A DNA stretch of 64,000 nt from a virus (taxonomy: Duplodnaviria > Caudoviricetes): positions 6,518-70,517 of the IMG/VR virus record IMGVR_UViG_2713897050_000002. The stretch is one strand, 5' to 3'. The position numbers and the translations under genes are program-made. Shown piece by piece: positions 38,526 through 49,340 of this stretch. Every line of letters begins with the position of its first letter. Positions within the stretch are counted from its first letter, which is position 1. Below the pieces are notes generated by a model. The model did no database searches, had not been told where the DNA came from, and worked only from the letters and a program-made list of their open reading frames with translations.

Positions 38526-38912
38526 CGACCCTCCAATTCCAGCCGCAACCGAGCCAACCGCGACATCGCCACATCCGACCACCCAAACCTGGCCTGAATC
38601 TCCGGCAACGCATCACAACCATCGCCATCCTCATCGCCCCAACCCGACACAATCCCGTACAACCACGCATCCTCGCGACACTCGCCCCAATCCTTCGAGG
38701 AGAACGAACACATGTCGCCCAGCGAACCCGTAATTGTTTCAGCGCCAATGCTCATATTGCTGCTCCTTCGCTGAACTTTTGCCCCGCAGCAGTCACATGA
38801 GGCTCCACATGCCCCTCACAAAGCACGCAATCCACGACCCACTGATGATTCGTGCGGTCCTCATACGTTGAACGCACCAACCCTTTACGGCACGGCGGCT
38901 TAGACGGCACAG

Positions 38913-39365
38913 TCACACCGCCTCCACATCAAACAACGAAACCTGGCCAAGAACCTGCTCCCGCACAACACGACCCTCAGCCACCACCCGACGCGCCTCC
39001 GCCATAGGAGCCGCATCCATCACCGCCCGATTACGCACCCGAAAACGCTTCGCAATCCAATCGAACGCTTCCTCTTTGCTGCGCCCCTTCTCGATTCCCT
39101 GCTCTGCCTCATGGAAATCGTGGACAATCCCCACCCGGTACTTCTCATACGCATCCACCCACATAGTGGCACAAACTCTGATCGCCTCCAGCGAGTCAAT
39201 ATGACCGGTCAATAAACCTGCATCAAGACCGTTCACCCGGAGCATCTCGCCAAGCTCGTTAACGTGCTCCCACGTCGCCTGGAGTTGCCGGTCCAGATCG
39301 GCGGCGCGTTTCCCCGACTGATCTGCCATGCGAATGTAGTAGGCAAGTTTTTCTTCGTCGTTCAC
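38913..39365 (-). CDS. Hypothetical protein
   Basis: GGAGG RBS; ends QVSLFDVEAV, resembling a clamp-binding QxxLF motif. Confidence 0.55.
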   Translation of the reverse strand: MNDEEKLAYYIRMADQSGKRAADLDRQLQATWEHVNELGEMLRVNGLDAGLLTGHIDSLEAIRVCATMWVDAYEKYRVGIVHDFHEAEQGIEKGRSKEEAFDWIAKRFRVRNRAVMDAAPMAEARRVVAEGRVVREQVLGQVSLFDVEAV

Positions 39366-39907
39366 GCAGATACCTCCAAAGCCACCATCGGCAGGGAGAG
39401 CGCATGCCGGTCCAGCCGAGGCACATTCATCCCTACAATCTGCGCAGCCATCGTGCACATAGTCAGGGCATCAGCCGTATCCGAGTTCCTGATCACGACA
39501 TCCGGCCAAAGCTCCTGAATGCCAGCGCGAACAGCCTTCTTATCGGCATTGCCGTTACCCGTCGCAAACTTTGCGCGAGTCTTCGGCGGACACACACCAA
39601 TCGGAACCCCCAACGCCGCAACATTGTCGTACAACATCCACCACAACCCACTGCGATCCCACACGCCCGGATCAGTCGACCGGAGTGCCGGCCCCTCAAT
39701 GATCACCAACGTGTCATCGGGTTTGATGAATGATGCGATCTCTGTCGACAACCGTTTGATGCGCGCATGCCGCGTGCCGTAGGAGTCGGCGCGTGTTCCC
39801 GTGGACTTGACTGTGATCAGCTCGGGCGCATTGTCTTCGCCGATGATGCAAATTCCTGTAGACGTGAGGCTGGGGTCGACTGCGCATACGTTGCGCTCCC
39901 CTGTCAC
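39362..39907 (-). CDS. RuvC-like Holliday junction resolvase
   Basis: AVDPSLTSTG, VIIEG, KFATGNGNADK, DTADAL. Confidence 0.9.
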   Translation of the reverse strand: MTGERNVCAVDPSLTSTGICIIGEDNAPELITVKSTGTRADSYGTRHARIKRLSTEIASFIKPDDTLVIIEGPALRSTDPGVWDRSGLWWMLYDNVAALGVPIGVCPPKTRAKFATGNGNADKKAVRAGIQELWPDVVIRNSDTADALTMCTMAAQIVGMNVPRLDRHALSLPMVALEVSA

Positions 39908-41088
39908 GCGAGAGTCTCAGGTAGCCGTACAGGCATGAGTAGTGTGAGGAAGTCGCTATGCCCAGCCACAAACGGTCCGTCGCCCTCCGCGATTTCGCCA
40001 TCAGCGGCACGCATAATCGCCGGACGGCCAGGCTTCGTGAATCCCATCTGCACATAGTCAGCATCAATGGAGTTCAAAGCCTCCGACAGAAAGCCGGGGT
40101 TGAACGCGATGTGGATGCCTGGACCTGACAGGACTGCCGGCAACTGCTCTTCGCCGGAACCCTCAGCACCACCGGACGCCAGCGTGACTGTGTCTCCCTC
40201 GAATGTGAGGCGGACTTGCGCGCCACGTTCAGCTACCACAGCCATGCGCTTGACTGCATCCACGAGGGGCTTGATCTCCACGACTGCGAGGGTTGTGTGC
40301 TCGCTGGGGATCAGCTGCCGGAACTTCGGGAACTCAGCGTCGAGCAGTCTCGTGGTCACACTGCGCCCGTCTGCGATGAAACCGAACAAGCCCGCCCCAT
40401 CACCAATCGCCAGGGCAACATCACCGATACCGGAAGACGTTTTCGCGGTGTCCGCCAATGCTTTCGCGGGGATGAGCGCGGATAGTTCTGCGGGCATGTC
40501 TGTACCGGGTGTCCATTCAAGTTCCCGGACTGCCAACCGGAAGCGGTCTGTGGCGGCGAGCGTAATCTTGTCGCCGGAGATTTCGACGCGCACACCCGTC
40601 AACATGGGCAATGTGTCATCGCGGCCCGCCGCGGTGGTTACCTGCGCGATAGCCTGCGCATACACCTCCGCATTGATACTCCCCGAGTTCTTCGGCGAGT
40701 CCGGAAGCTGCGGATAGTCCTCGACACTCATCGTCGGCAAAGTGAACTTGGAACTGCCACACTGCAACAACAGCGTGTTGCCCTCAATGCGGGCGTCCAG
40801 CTGCTTGCTCGGCAGACTCTTCGTAATGTCCGCCAACAACTTCCCCGACACCAGAACTACACCCTCAGCGTCAATTTCAGCGCTCACGGTTACTTCGGTG
40901 GATGTCTCGTAGTCGTAGCCGGCGAGAACCAACTTTCCGTCCGCCGCGACAATCTTCACCCCGCTCAGAATTGGGACCACTGCCCTGGCCGGTAATTGTT
41001 TGGCAACCCATGAGGCTGCATCAGCAAAATCTTCCCTAGAAGTACGAAACTTCAACACAAGTCCTAACAATGGGATGGGGGCAGACAT
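39904..41088 (-). CDS. dnaN: DNA polymerase III beta sliding clamp
   Basis: PILSGV, DYPQLP, DDTLPMLTGV, AATDRFRLA, IAFNP, LLMPVRL. Confidence 0.96.
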   Translation of the reverse strand: MSAPIPLLGLVLKFRTSREDFADAASWVAKQLPARAVVPILSGVKIVAADGKLVLAGYDYETSTEVTVSAEIDAEGVVLVSGKLLADITKSLPSKQLDARIEGNTLLLQCGSSKFTLPTMSVEDYPQLPDSPKNSGSINAEVYAQAIAQVTTAAGRDDTLPMLTGVRVEISGDKITLAATDRFRLAVRELEWTPGTDMPAELSALIPAKALADTAKTSSGIGDVALAIGDGAGLFGFIADGRSVTTRLLDAEFPKFRQLIPSEHTTLAVVEIKPLVDAVKRMAVVAERGAQVRLTFEGDTVTLASGGAEGSGEEQLPAVLSGPGIHIAFNPGFLSEALNSIDADYVQMGFTKPGRPAIMRAADGEIAEGDGPFVAGHSDFLTLLMPVRLPETLA

Positions 41089-41117
41089 GCGGCCTGCCCC
41101 CACGAGTGAAGTGGTAG

Positions 41118-41768
41118 TTAGAGAACCTCAGTGAACGGCGCGTACTTGTCGTCGCCATCCTCAGCGCTAGGCCAGTTCCACGGATTGTCCACACCGTCAC
41201 GTTCCCAGTAGTCGCCTTCTACGTCGCGCACTTCGTTTATATCGTCCGGGATGTCTTCGATGCGCTCGAACTCGCGCGGCTCCGATACCGGGGTGCCGAT
41301 AACCTCGGTGAGTTGCCCGTAATTGCTCAGCCAGTAACTCCATGCAGCATGAGTGTTATCGGACGAATCAATCCTCCGAGCCCACCATCGGCTTACCCCA
41401 TGCGGTTTAGGTCCGTAGTCCCCGTACTCAATCCGCACATCCCCGTCAACTCCACTACCGCTCAGGGCGATGGTTTCTTTGTCGGCAGGTTCTGGGTCAC
41501 CAACATTGAATACCCGCGCCACAGGAGCCCCCACAGGGGCAGCAATAGCCTCAACCGCATCCACATGCCCTAGCCGCGACAGCTCCCGGTCCAGATACCA
41601 ACGCGCTTTACGGATATCCTCGACAGCCGAACTCGACTTCAATCCGGCACGCCAAATATATTTCGTGGCATTGCCCAAATTGAAGTTCATATGTTCGGTG
41701 ACAGTGATGCATTCGACGCCGCTGGGGTGCGATGTGTAATGCTTTGGATGCTCTACTGGATCACTCAT
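41118..41768 (-). CDS. DUF3310-domain protein with C-terminal repeated small domains
   Basis: DPVEHPKHYT..ECI..FNLGNATKYIWRAGLK..EDIRKARWYL. Confidence 0.85.
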   Translation of the reverse strand: MSDPVEHPKHYTSHPSGVECITVTEHMNFNLGNATKYIWRAGLKSSSAVEDIRKARWYLDRELSRLGHVDAVEAIAAPVGAPVARVFNVGDPEPADKETIALSGSGVDGDVRIEYGDYGPKPHGVSRWWARRIDSSDNTHAAWSYWLSNYGQLTEVIGTPVSEPREFERIEDIPDDINEVRDVEGDYWERDGVDNPWNWPSAEDGDDKYAPFTEVL

Positions 41769-42027
41769 TGACTGACACCACCCGATAGCCGCCGAAGCCC
41801 TGCACCGTTTCCATCACGCCGATGTCATCGCCCTCGGCCCAGATGCTGCGAACCATCTCTTCGCGGGAGGACGGCACATCGTATTCAACTAGCACCCTCA
41901 TTCGGTCACCTCCGCCGCATAGTCAGCGGGCGGACCATCCGGAACGAAGTCCCCGAATCCCCTGCAATGCGCGCAATACTCCGGGATCAACTCTGAACGC
42001 ACACACAAACCATCAACCAACACAGTC

Positions 42028-42612
42028 TCAACCACCCACAACCACCGCTTCCGCAACAGACTTAGGCAACTCATCATTCTCAACCAACACCTTGAAACCA
42101 GTACGCGCCGCAGGCAAATACACGATCACACCCTCAGGCCGCATAAACCCTCGTGCAGCCTCAGAACCGTTACGCACCAAATCCGCAACCACCGCATCAA
42201 TCTTCGCCGTATCGAAAGCGCCCCGATGCAACACAGGCACCACTTCGAGCCTGTCGACGCCGGCTACATCCTCCGGCTTCCAGCGTTCACTGTTGAACAG
42301 GGAGAACCGTTTGTCCCCGTTCACGAGCCCGTAGGCGCGTTGGATTCCACTGCCCCACCATTCGCCGTAGTGGTAGCCGGGACCAAGCGTGTCCGCTAGT
42401 GCTCCGGCGTTACCCCACACCCAGTTGGCGAACCCTGCGTTGTCGTTGTCTGGGGTGATGACGCGGTTGCGGGATTGTGCCCCGACTTCGCTGGCGTCTT
42501 CGTTGATGTAGATGCACGCGTTAGTGCCATCAAGTTTCTCCGTAATCACCATCCCCCGCCGAAGTCTTGCAGTTTTCGGCCAAGCCTTGAACTCAAACTC
42601 TGATGTACCCAA
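42028..42612 (-). CDS. RNA ligase (Rnl2-type nucleotidyltransferase domain)
   Basis: TEKLDGTNA (motif I), QSRNR, YGEWWGSGIQ, PEGVIV, FK. Confidence 0.88.
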   Translation of the reverse strand: MGTSEFEFKAWPKTARLRRGMVITEKLDGTNACIYINEDASEVGAQSRNRVITPDNDNAGFANWVWGNAGALADTLGPGYHYGEWWGSGIQRAYGLVNGDKRFSLFNSERWKPEDVAGVDRLEVVPVLHRGAFDTAKIDAVVADLVRNGSEAARGFMRPEGVIVYLPAARTGFKVLVENDELPKSVAEAVVVGG

Positions 42613-43287
42613 TGCCACAGCAAACCCCAAACCTAGAAGTAACGCACACCCAACAAACGACCCTGGCGATTCAACTTCGCCACACAATGCCCACACGCAA
42701 ACCTGCTAACCGGTGCAGCACTATTCGATATGTAATCCACATCAGCAACCGCATCCGCTGGCCCACAAGTGACTACCGGATACTGTTCGACGTAGCCCCA
42801 CACCATTGCGCATGGAATGTCGAAGTCGATAGCCGTCAAACTGTCACTGCGATAATCCGCTGCCGTACTCAATACTCATCCTCATCACGAACGCCATGAC
42901 GCAGTACACGCCACGACTCACCGACACGCTCAACAACCTCACGCTTAGTCCGCCGATAGCCGAGAGTGATCCGGCCACGCCACGACGCCTCCCATGCGGC
43001 ACGAGCCACACGAGCCGCCTCATCCGCTGCGCGCTTAGCCATGAACACGTCAACCGCGCCGGCATCCCACGACTTCAACAGGTACGCCCGCAACTCATCC
43101 TCAGTCGGCCGAACCCACACTGGCTGAGGCTCACCGACAATCTCCGGCCCACCCAAACCCCACGGGCGAAACCACTCCCGATACGGTGGACGCATAAACT
43201 CCAACGCATCCCACGCGATAGACGACTTACTGTGCATCGCACGCCACGCCGCCATCACATCCACATACTGTTCGGCGGACACATCAT

Positions 43288-43707
43288 TCACGGTTTCTCC
43301 CCCTCATCAGCAGCAGTGAGGGGGAGCCAGCCGGTCACGTACTCGTCGCGGTATTCCAGCCGAACCGTATCGACGCCAGGCAAGCCGTCGAGCATCTTCT
43401 GGTGCAGCTTGAACCATCTCTCGGCTTCTTCGCGGTCACAGCCAAACGTCTTCGGCGACATATACCTGTGACCAAGAGTCGATGCGGCCTGGTAGGTGCG
43501 GACTATGCCGTCGCTGGGCACGATGCTGTAGCCGGCGTCCGTCAGCTTCGACACCACATGCGCAGCGAGATCCGTCAACGTCATCATGTTCGGGAACGCT
43601 CCCCACAGTTGCCCATCCTCACGCGTACCGGGTGTTCCGTTTCGGCCCTCAGTTGCAACATCCCGCATACCTTCCGCGATGATGTGCACAGGGTTTGATG
43701 TACTCAC
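43288..43707 (-). CDS. Modular hypothetical protein
   Basis: NPVHIIAE...AAHVVSKLTDAGYSIVP module. Confidence 0.6.
   Translation of the reverse strand: MSTSNPVHIIAEGMRDVATEGRNGTPGTREDGQLWGAFPNMMTLTDLAAHVVSKLTDAGYSIVPSDGIVRTYQAASTLGHRYMSPKTFGCDREEAERWFKLHQKMLDGLPGVDTVRLEYRDEYVTGWLPLTAADEGEKP
43515..43567. repeat. 53-bp exact repeat, copy 1 (copy 2 at 49493-49545)
   Basis: TGGGCACGATGCTGTAGCCGGCGTCCGTCAGCTTCGACACCACATGCGCAGCG. Confidence 0.95.
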
Positions 43708-43764
43708 ACTCACAATGCAACCTCCGACGTTTGATGTACTCACACTCACAATGCAACCTCCGAC
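43693..43764. repeat. Perfect tandem duplication, 2 x 36 bp
   Basis: GTTTGATGTACTCACACTCACAATGCAACCTCCGAC twice. Confidence 0.95.
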
Positions 43765-43951
43765 CACTCAGGAACATCCCGAAACACAAGCAACCAATCC
43801 CTCCCCGGCTCCGATGAACGCAACTCTTCCAACTCCCTCTCTGCATAAGGCCGAAAGACAGTCTCATCGCCAAAGGGGCGCACCTTGCCCGCTATCGTTC
43901 GATAACCGACCGCATACCTTCGCCGCCACGGAATGGCATTCTCCAAGTCGC

Positions 43952-44200
43952 TCACGGCAGAACTTCCTTCTCGGTGATGCGATACATGGCACTCTCATCC
44001 CACTCACTATCCGCAGCATCCACAAACCCAAGCCAAGCCATTCCCAGATTTCTGTCGCGATCAAGCCACACAGCGCCCGCGACAGAAGCCTGCGCTTTCT
44101 CCAAGCTTGAATAGACGCCCTCAATGTAGAAAGGTTCATACTGTTCATGGCTGGACTCAAGCAGCCAAACCTTCGCCGGCGCGTTCAATGGGTCATCCAC
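43952..44200 (-). CDS. Hypothetical protein, paralogue of 44540..44770
   Basis: GVYSSLEKAQASVAGAVW. Confidence 0.6.
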   Translation of the reverse strand: MDDPLNAPAKVWLLESSHEQYEPFYIEGVYSSLEKAQASVAGAVWLDRDRNLGMAWLGFVDAADSEWDESAMYRITEKEVLP

Positions 44201-44539
44201 CCTTGCGTAGGTTTGATCTGCCGCGTATCCGCCTTATCGAACCGGCCATTACGCAAAAGCTGTCGTGCACGATTACGTTCAATCCTGCGAGTCAACCGCT
44301 TCGCCCACGGGGCTTCACGCCCGTAATAACTGCTCCACCACGGGAGGCCCTTATCCGAATCGCTCACAATCCAACCTCCGGTCCTGCATGCGTAACCAGC
44401 TTCATATAAAACTGCTCGCAATACTCGGCCATGCCTGGCCCCGAACCTCGAAACATCATCAGATGCTTCAACTTCTCATACTCTTCCAGCGTCTCCAGCG
44501 TGATAGTCACTGGCGAAAACTGTCTATCCTGCTTGACTA

Positions 44540-44770
44540 TCAATGAACTACCCTCTCATTGATATAGAAGTGGGTGAACGAACCCAACTCGTCATCATCG
44601 TCATCATCAACGCTCGCAAACCAATCCTCTTGCGGAGGCTGAGACACCCAAACGGCGTCTGGCACCGAGGCCTTTGCCTTCCCCAGCGACGAATAGAACC
44701 CCTGAGAAAAAATGGTGTCATCATCGCTACCCAGATATTCGACTTCCCAAATCGTGAGAGAATCGCTCAT
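44540..44770 (-). CDS. Hypothetical protein, paralogue of 43952..44200
   Basis: GFYSSLGKAKASVPDAVW. Confidence 0.6.
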   Translation of the reverse strand: MSDSLTIWEVEYLGSDDDTIFSQGFYSSLGKAKASVPDAVWVSQPPQEDWFASVDDDDDDELGSFTHFYINERVVH

Positions 44771-45310
44771 CGCAACGTCACCCAAGCCCCAAATCCGTTC
44801 ATCAAAGCAAGCACCGCTGACGTACAGACCGTGAACACCAGAACACCCCAAAACGGCATCCCCGGTAGCAGTAGAAAGATCGCCATGTTGAATACGAAGA
44901 ATGCAATCAGGCTCACGACGAAACAACACAAGCCGATCTTGGCCGCGGCGTGACCCCGCTCCATCCACTCATCGTAAGATTTAAGAAAACGGCTCAACTT
45001 ATCCCCTTTTCGTTTCACAACCTGGCCGTGCGCGATGACCTCGTTGCGTTTCAGATACGGATTGGCGGCAGTCGAGCGAGGCTGCCGCGACTTCAACAGT
45101 TGAATGGTGTGCCACGCACGCGCTTTTGAGTGGCGGAGCGACCGGCGCATCTCCCTCACGTTTCCTTTTCTGGCATCGGGTACACAGGCAACGCACCCAA
45201 CTCCTGTAACCGTTGAATAAGGTAGTAGCGTTCACAAGCCTTGGCAGGCGACAGACACCCATTACGGTTATGCCTGCCGCCTGGCGCAAAGTCTTCGATG
45301 GACGGAATGA

Positions 45311-45724
45311 TTACCACCTTTCGGCAGGGCTTGAAGTCGGGGCGCTGGCCCACGGATCTTTACCGCCGCCGCCCTGCCCATCACGCTTCTGCATAGGCGC
45401 ACCCGCAGTACGAACAGTCATCTCAACCGACTGCCCCTCACCGCCGCCATCCTTCTTCTCATAGGCCCGCAAGTACAGTTCGCCCGAAAGCTCAATCTCC
45501 TGCTTAGCCTCAAAGCGGTCGTTAATGTATTCGGCCAAAGGCCCCCACGCTGCAGCCCTCACCACAATCCCCTTATCGCGCTCCCACTGGCCCGTAGACT
45601 CATTCTTCTTATCCTTGTTGAACGCCACCGGGAAGTTAGCGACAGACTGGCCGGAAGGCAGAACCTTGAAATCAATCGGTGCGATGATGAAACCGACACC
45701 CGAAATCTGGGGAAGACGTGACAT
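45311..45724 (-). CDS. ssb: Single-stranded DNA-binding protein
   Basis: SGQSVANF, AAWGPLAE, SGELYLRAYE, Gly-rich tail with DPW. Confidence 0.9.
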   Translation of the reverse strand: MSRLPQISGVGFIIAPIDFKVLPSGQSVANFPVAFNKDKKNESTGQWERDKGIVVRAAAWGPLAEYINDRFEAKQEIELSGELYLRAYEKKDGGGEGQSVEMTVRTAGAPMQKRDGQGGGGKDPWASAPTSSPAERW

Positions 45725-45824
45725 GTTTGTACTCCATTTGATTGAACGAATGATTGGGAAAAAACAATGGCACCGGGCGCAACAATGGCAGGCCTCAAGT
45801 GTCCCTCAAAGGAGAATATGTAAG

Positions 45825-45840
45825 TAGAACATATGTGCGA
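45825..45840. promoter_or_regulatory. LexA (SOS) box-like site upstream of ssb
   Basis: TAGAACATATGTGCGA versus the mycobacterial consensus TCGAAC-N4-GTTCGA (2 mismatches); TTGACT just upstream on the minus strand. Confidence 0.5.
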
Positions 45841-46010
45841 ACGCAAAGTCAATAGCAAGCGAAACTATCTACGTCACGATCGGGTCACAGTAGACGATTG
45901 CGTGCGTGCCTCGATGCGTTGGCGCTGCGACTCCCACCACGCACATGTTTCAAGATGCTGCGGATAATCCTCGATATCCCGGCGCAGTTGCAGCCATGCC
46001 GCTACAGGCA

Positions 46011-46478
46011 TCACAGCCCTAGCGCCCCCGCGATGTCCGGTGGCACAAACCCTGGCGGCTTCAGAATCTTATTGTCAGCCCGCCGCAACACTTTCCCGGC
46101 AACCACCTTCGACAAATTCGAGCGCGTCACCTCATCCGCCGCACGCCTCGCACCCACACTCCCCGCGGTCTCCAACGCGCCACCAAACGCGATCACCGTG
46201 ATGTCATGGAACGCATCCACCATCTCCACAAGACCAACGTCACCACCCTCGCGGGCCTCCTCCACCACATCCGCGACCACTTCATCGGCGGCGCATTCGA
46301 GGTAGTCGTAGAGGTCATCGAAGCCGACAGCCTGCATCAACTCCGTCACTTCCTCCACCAACAGTTTCAAACGCAACGCAATCACATTTGCCGCGGGGAT
46401 TGCCGGCGCATCAGGGATCGGATGCTGGGCCGCACGCAGAAACTCTTCTGTCCCATCCAACAAATTCGGCAACGTCAC
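46011..46478 (-). CDS. MazG / PRA-PH-like nucleotide pyrophosphohydrolase
   Basis: LRLKLLVEEVTE, EMVDAFHD, EVTRSNLSK, KILKP. Confidence 0.85.
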   Translation of the reverse strand: MTLPNLLDGTEEFLRAAQHPIPDAPAIPAANVIALRLKLLVEEVTELMQAVGFDDLYDYLECAADEVVADVVEEAREGGDVGLVEMVDAFHDITVIAFGGALETAGSVGARRAADEVTRSNLSKVVAGKVLRRADNKILKPPGFVPPDIAGALGL

Positions 46479-47437
46479 TTCGGGTGGTCTCCTTCAAGAT
46501 CGCCAAGACGATTAACAGTCAACTTCTCCGCCAAATGAATTGCAGCCTCGCGTGAACTCAAATACCGCGAAGCCTCCTCGCCGCTATCTTGCGGCTGCAA
46601 CTCGTGGCGCTCTAGCTCCCAACTATCGGAGCAGATGACGCGGCTGTAGTTGAAGCCTGCGAACGTCTTGCGCGCCCTGATTTGTACGTAGACAATCTCG
46701 CCGCGCCAGTCATGGTCCCAATGCTGCCCGATACGGAAGAACTGGCCGTTCGGGAGATCAGGTAGCAGCGGATGCGTCTTCACTGTCATCGGCTGGCCTC
46801 CCAGATCAACAGCGGCTGCAACACGTGCTGCCCAACCCACGTCGACAACCAATCGAGTATCAACGTCAACACCCCATCAATCACAAAACATCATCCCCAA
46901 CCATCGCCCGACAATCCGAACACACATAATCCGCATTACCCGTAGCCTCACGTTCTTCAAGGCAGCACGCGCAACTCATCGCACCAGCCCGAACGCGGCA
47001 CCCAAATCCTCAACCCACTGCGGCGTTGCAGGAGCGCCAGGGCCGCGCAACAGAACTTCCTCCACCTGCTCCACACGCCCCCAACGCTTCACCCGTCGCG
47101 ACCCCGCAGACTCGCCACCATTCTCAGGCAGCAACTCCCCCACATACACGGGAAGCTTGCCCGTATCCGGCTGCCAAAACACTGTGTTAGTCATTTCTGT
47201 TTCCCTCCAACGCATACTTCGCTGCCTGCCTTAGGCTGTTCTCTGCGCCTTTGATGTATTGGCTCCACCACATCCACTCCGCCACAGCGTCATGATCGAA
47301 ACTGCGCGTTGGCGTCAAATCGGCGCGAATGCCAAAGTAAGCAACATCCTGCGCAAAAGCTCGCAGACGCAAGAGTTGTGGAGATTCACCTTCACCCCCG
47401 CCACCGCCTGGCACATCCCCAACAGTTTTCCAAGCCA

Positions 47438-48763
47438 TCACATTTCTCCTAGGTTTCCGATACGCGCCTGATGAGACGCAAAATCCTTAGACAAGCTGCC
47501 TTCTCTCCCGACTCGATTCTTCACAAGCATCAAATCCACCAGCCCTGTCCGATGCCCACGCTCTTTCTCGTGATGCAAAAGAATTACCGCGTCAGCGTGC
47601 ATACCGAGGGCTTTAGATTCGCGAAGTGACCTCATGGACGGCCGATTACCTTGCTCGTTATCGTTGAGCTGGGACGCCGTAAGGACCACACAGTCAAGCT
47701 CGCCGGCCAAAATCTTGAGCCTTTTGGCCGTCTCCCCCACCTGCTGCTCACGCGAAGCATCCCGCGAACCGCCAGGCTCCGACTGAATGATCTGGATATA
47801 ATCAACCACCACCAAATCCAAGCCCTGCGACCGCTTCAACGCCAAACACTGTTGCCGAATAAACTGCATCGACACATCCGACTGGTCATAGATCGTGATG
47901 TGCTTATCTCGCAGTGACTGCGTGATTGCTTCGACTTGTTCCCGCTGATGTTCGGGGATGTCGTGTTGCGCAATCTTCGAGTACGGAAATCGGCCGGTAC
48001 TGGATATGAGGCGGGCGGTGACTTCGGATGCGCTCATTTCGATACTGAAGATGGCAACCTTGTAGCCGTCCATTGCAGCCCCAGCCGCTACGTTGAGCAT
48101 GGCGAGTGATTTGCCGCCGCCCGATTCTGCACCGAACACGTAGAGGCGCTTTTTTGCTACGCCGCCGTTGATGAGTTCGTTGAGGTCCGGCCATGGCGAT
48201 GGAATTACGGTTTCCGCGGCAAGCTCAGGGCTGTCTACCGCCGTCCAGAAACTGTCCACACCGGATTCGATCGAGGTCGCATCATCCGACTTCTCAGCAT
48301 CATCCAACTCAGACAACCCCGTGTGCGCGACACCCAACGGGGACTCGTAATCCTCAGACTCACAGATCGTGTCCGCCACCCGCTTCAACACATCCACGAG
48401 ACGCCTGTTCTTTGCCGCCTCAGAGACGAGCTGCGCAGCCCGAACCACCTCCACCAACCTGACAGGCTGGCCGTACGATTGCTCCAGCACACGCCACTGT
48501 GGCGGCTCACCCTCACGGTCCTTATGTGTTTTCTCGAACCGGGATTTCAATGCTTCGAGTGTCATGATGCGGGAGTCTTCTGCGAGTGCGCGTGCTTCCC
48601 GCCAGATGTCCCCGTACATGCTGTTGTAGAAGTCGTCGGGGTTGAGGTTGGCGAGAACATCTCTCACGTCAGATCTCAAGCTAAAATTCGTTAGTGCGGC
48701 GATCAGAATTTTTTCGTCTGTCGGGCGGTGTGTTGATTCGTAGGCGGTTTCTATCGCACCCAT
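47438..48763 (-). CDS. dnaB: DnaB-like replicative helicase
   Basis: AESGGGKS, FSIEM, VVVDYIQ, ASQLN, LRES, KNRVG. Confidence 0.95.
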   Translation of the reverse strand: MGAIETAYESTHRPTDEKILIAALTNFSLRSDVRDVLANLNPDDFYNSMYGDIWREARALAEDSRIMTLEALKSRFEKTHKDREGEPPQWRVLEQSYGQPVRLVEVVRAAQLVSEAAKNRRLVDVLKRVADTICESEDYESPLGVAHTGLSELDDAEKSDDATSIESGVDSFWTAVDSPELAAETVIPSPWPDLNELINGGVAKKRLYVFGAESGGGKSLAMLNVAAGAAMDGYKVAIFSIEMSASEVTARLISSTGRFPYSKIAQHDIPEHQREQVEAITQSLRDKHITIYDQSDVSMQFIRQQCLALKRSQGLDLVVVDYIQIIQSEPGGSRDASREQQVGETAKRLKILAGELDCVVLTASQLNDNEQGNRPSMRSLRESKALGMHADAVILLHHEKERGHRTGLVDLMLVKNRVGREGSLSKDFASHQARIGNLGEM

Positions 48764-49340
48764 AGGTCACTCATTTCATGTTGTTGTCTCCGCTCATGCC
48801 AACGGCGCGGAATCGGCCAGCAGTGATAACCCAACCCAGCACTGGGACACGCCACACGTACCTGAATGCGTTGTCGCGGGGGTTGTAGCCGTAGCGGACA
48901 CTGAATGGCAGCCATCCGTCGAAGCGGACATCTACCTGCCATCCGAGCGCTTGTATGCCGGCGAGGTTTACGTGTTTGAAGGCTTTGATTGGTGTGCTCA
49001 TGCCTTCTCCCCCTCAGCGGCAACAAGTTCGGCTGCTTCCATCGCTGATGCGTCATCGTTCGCCGGGAAGAAGCAGTAGCCTTCATCCTCGCCCTCGTGC
49101 GGGTGCTGCCACCAGACACCAGGCATTCCGCAGTTCGGAGCGAACGCGTGACGCTCGTACTCGGGGTGTGGTCGGCTGTCGATGTACGCGAGATGGTCCT
49201 GACAGGTGGCGCTGACGCTGCCCGAATCGAGCCACAGCAGATGCCACACAGCAAGTTTGTCGCAGTCTGGTTGATCGACTCCGAACCCGCACGTGGCCTC
49301 ACCCCATCGAGGTTTCGTGCCCAATTTCAGCGGATCGTTG

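Noticed and set aside
43693-43764. 36-bp repeats as a CRISPR array
   Set aside because: Two directly adjacent copies with no spacer and no cas genes
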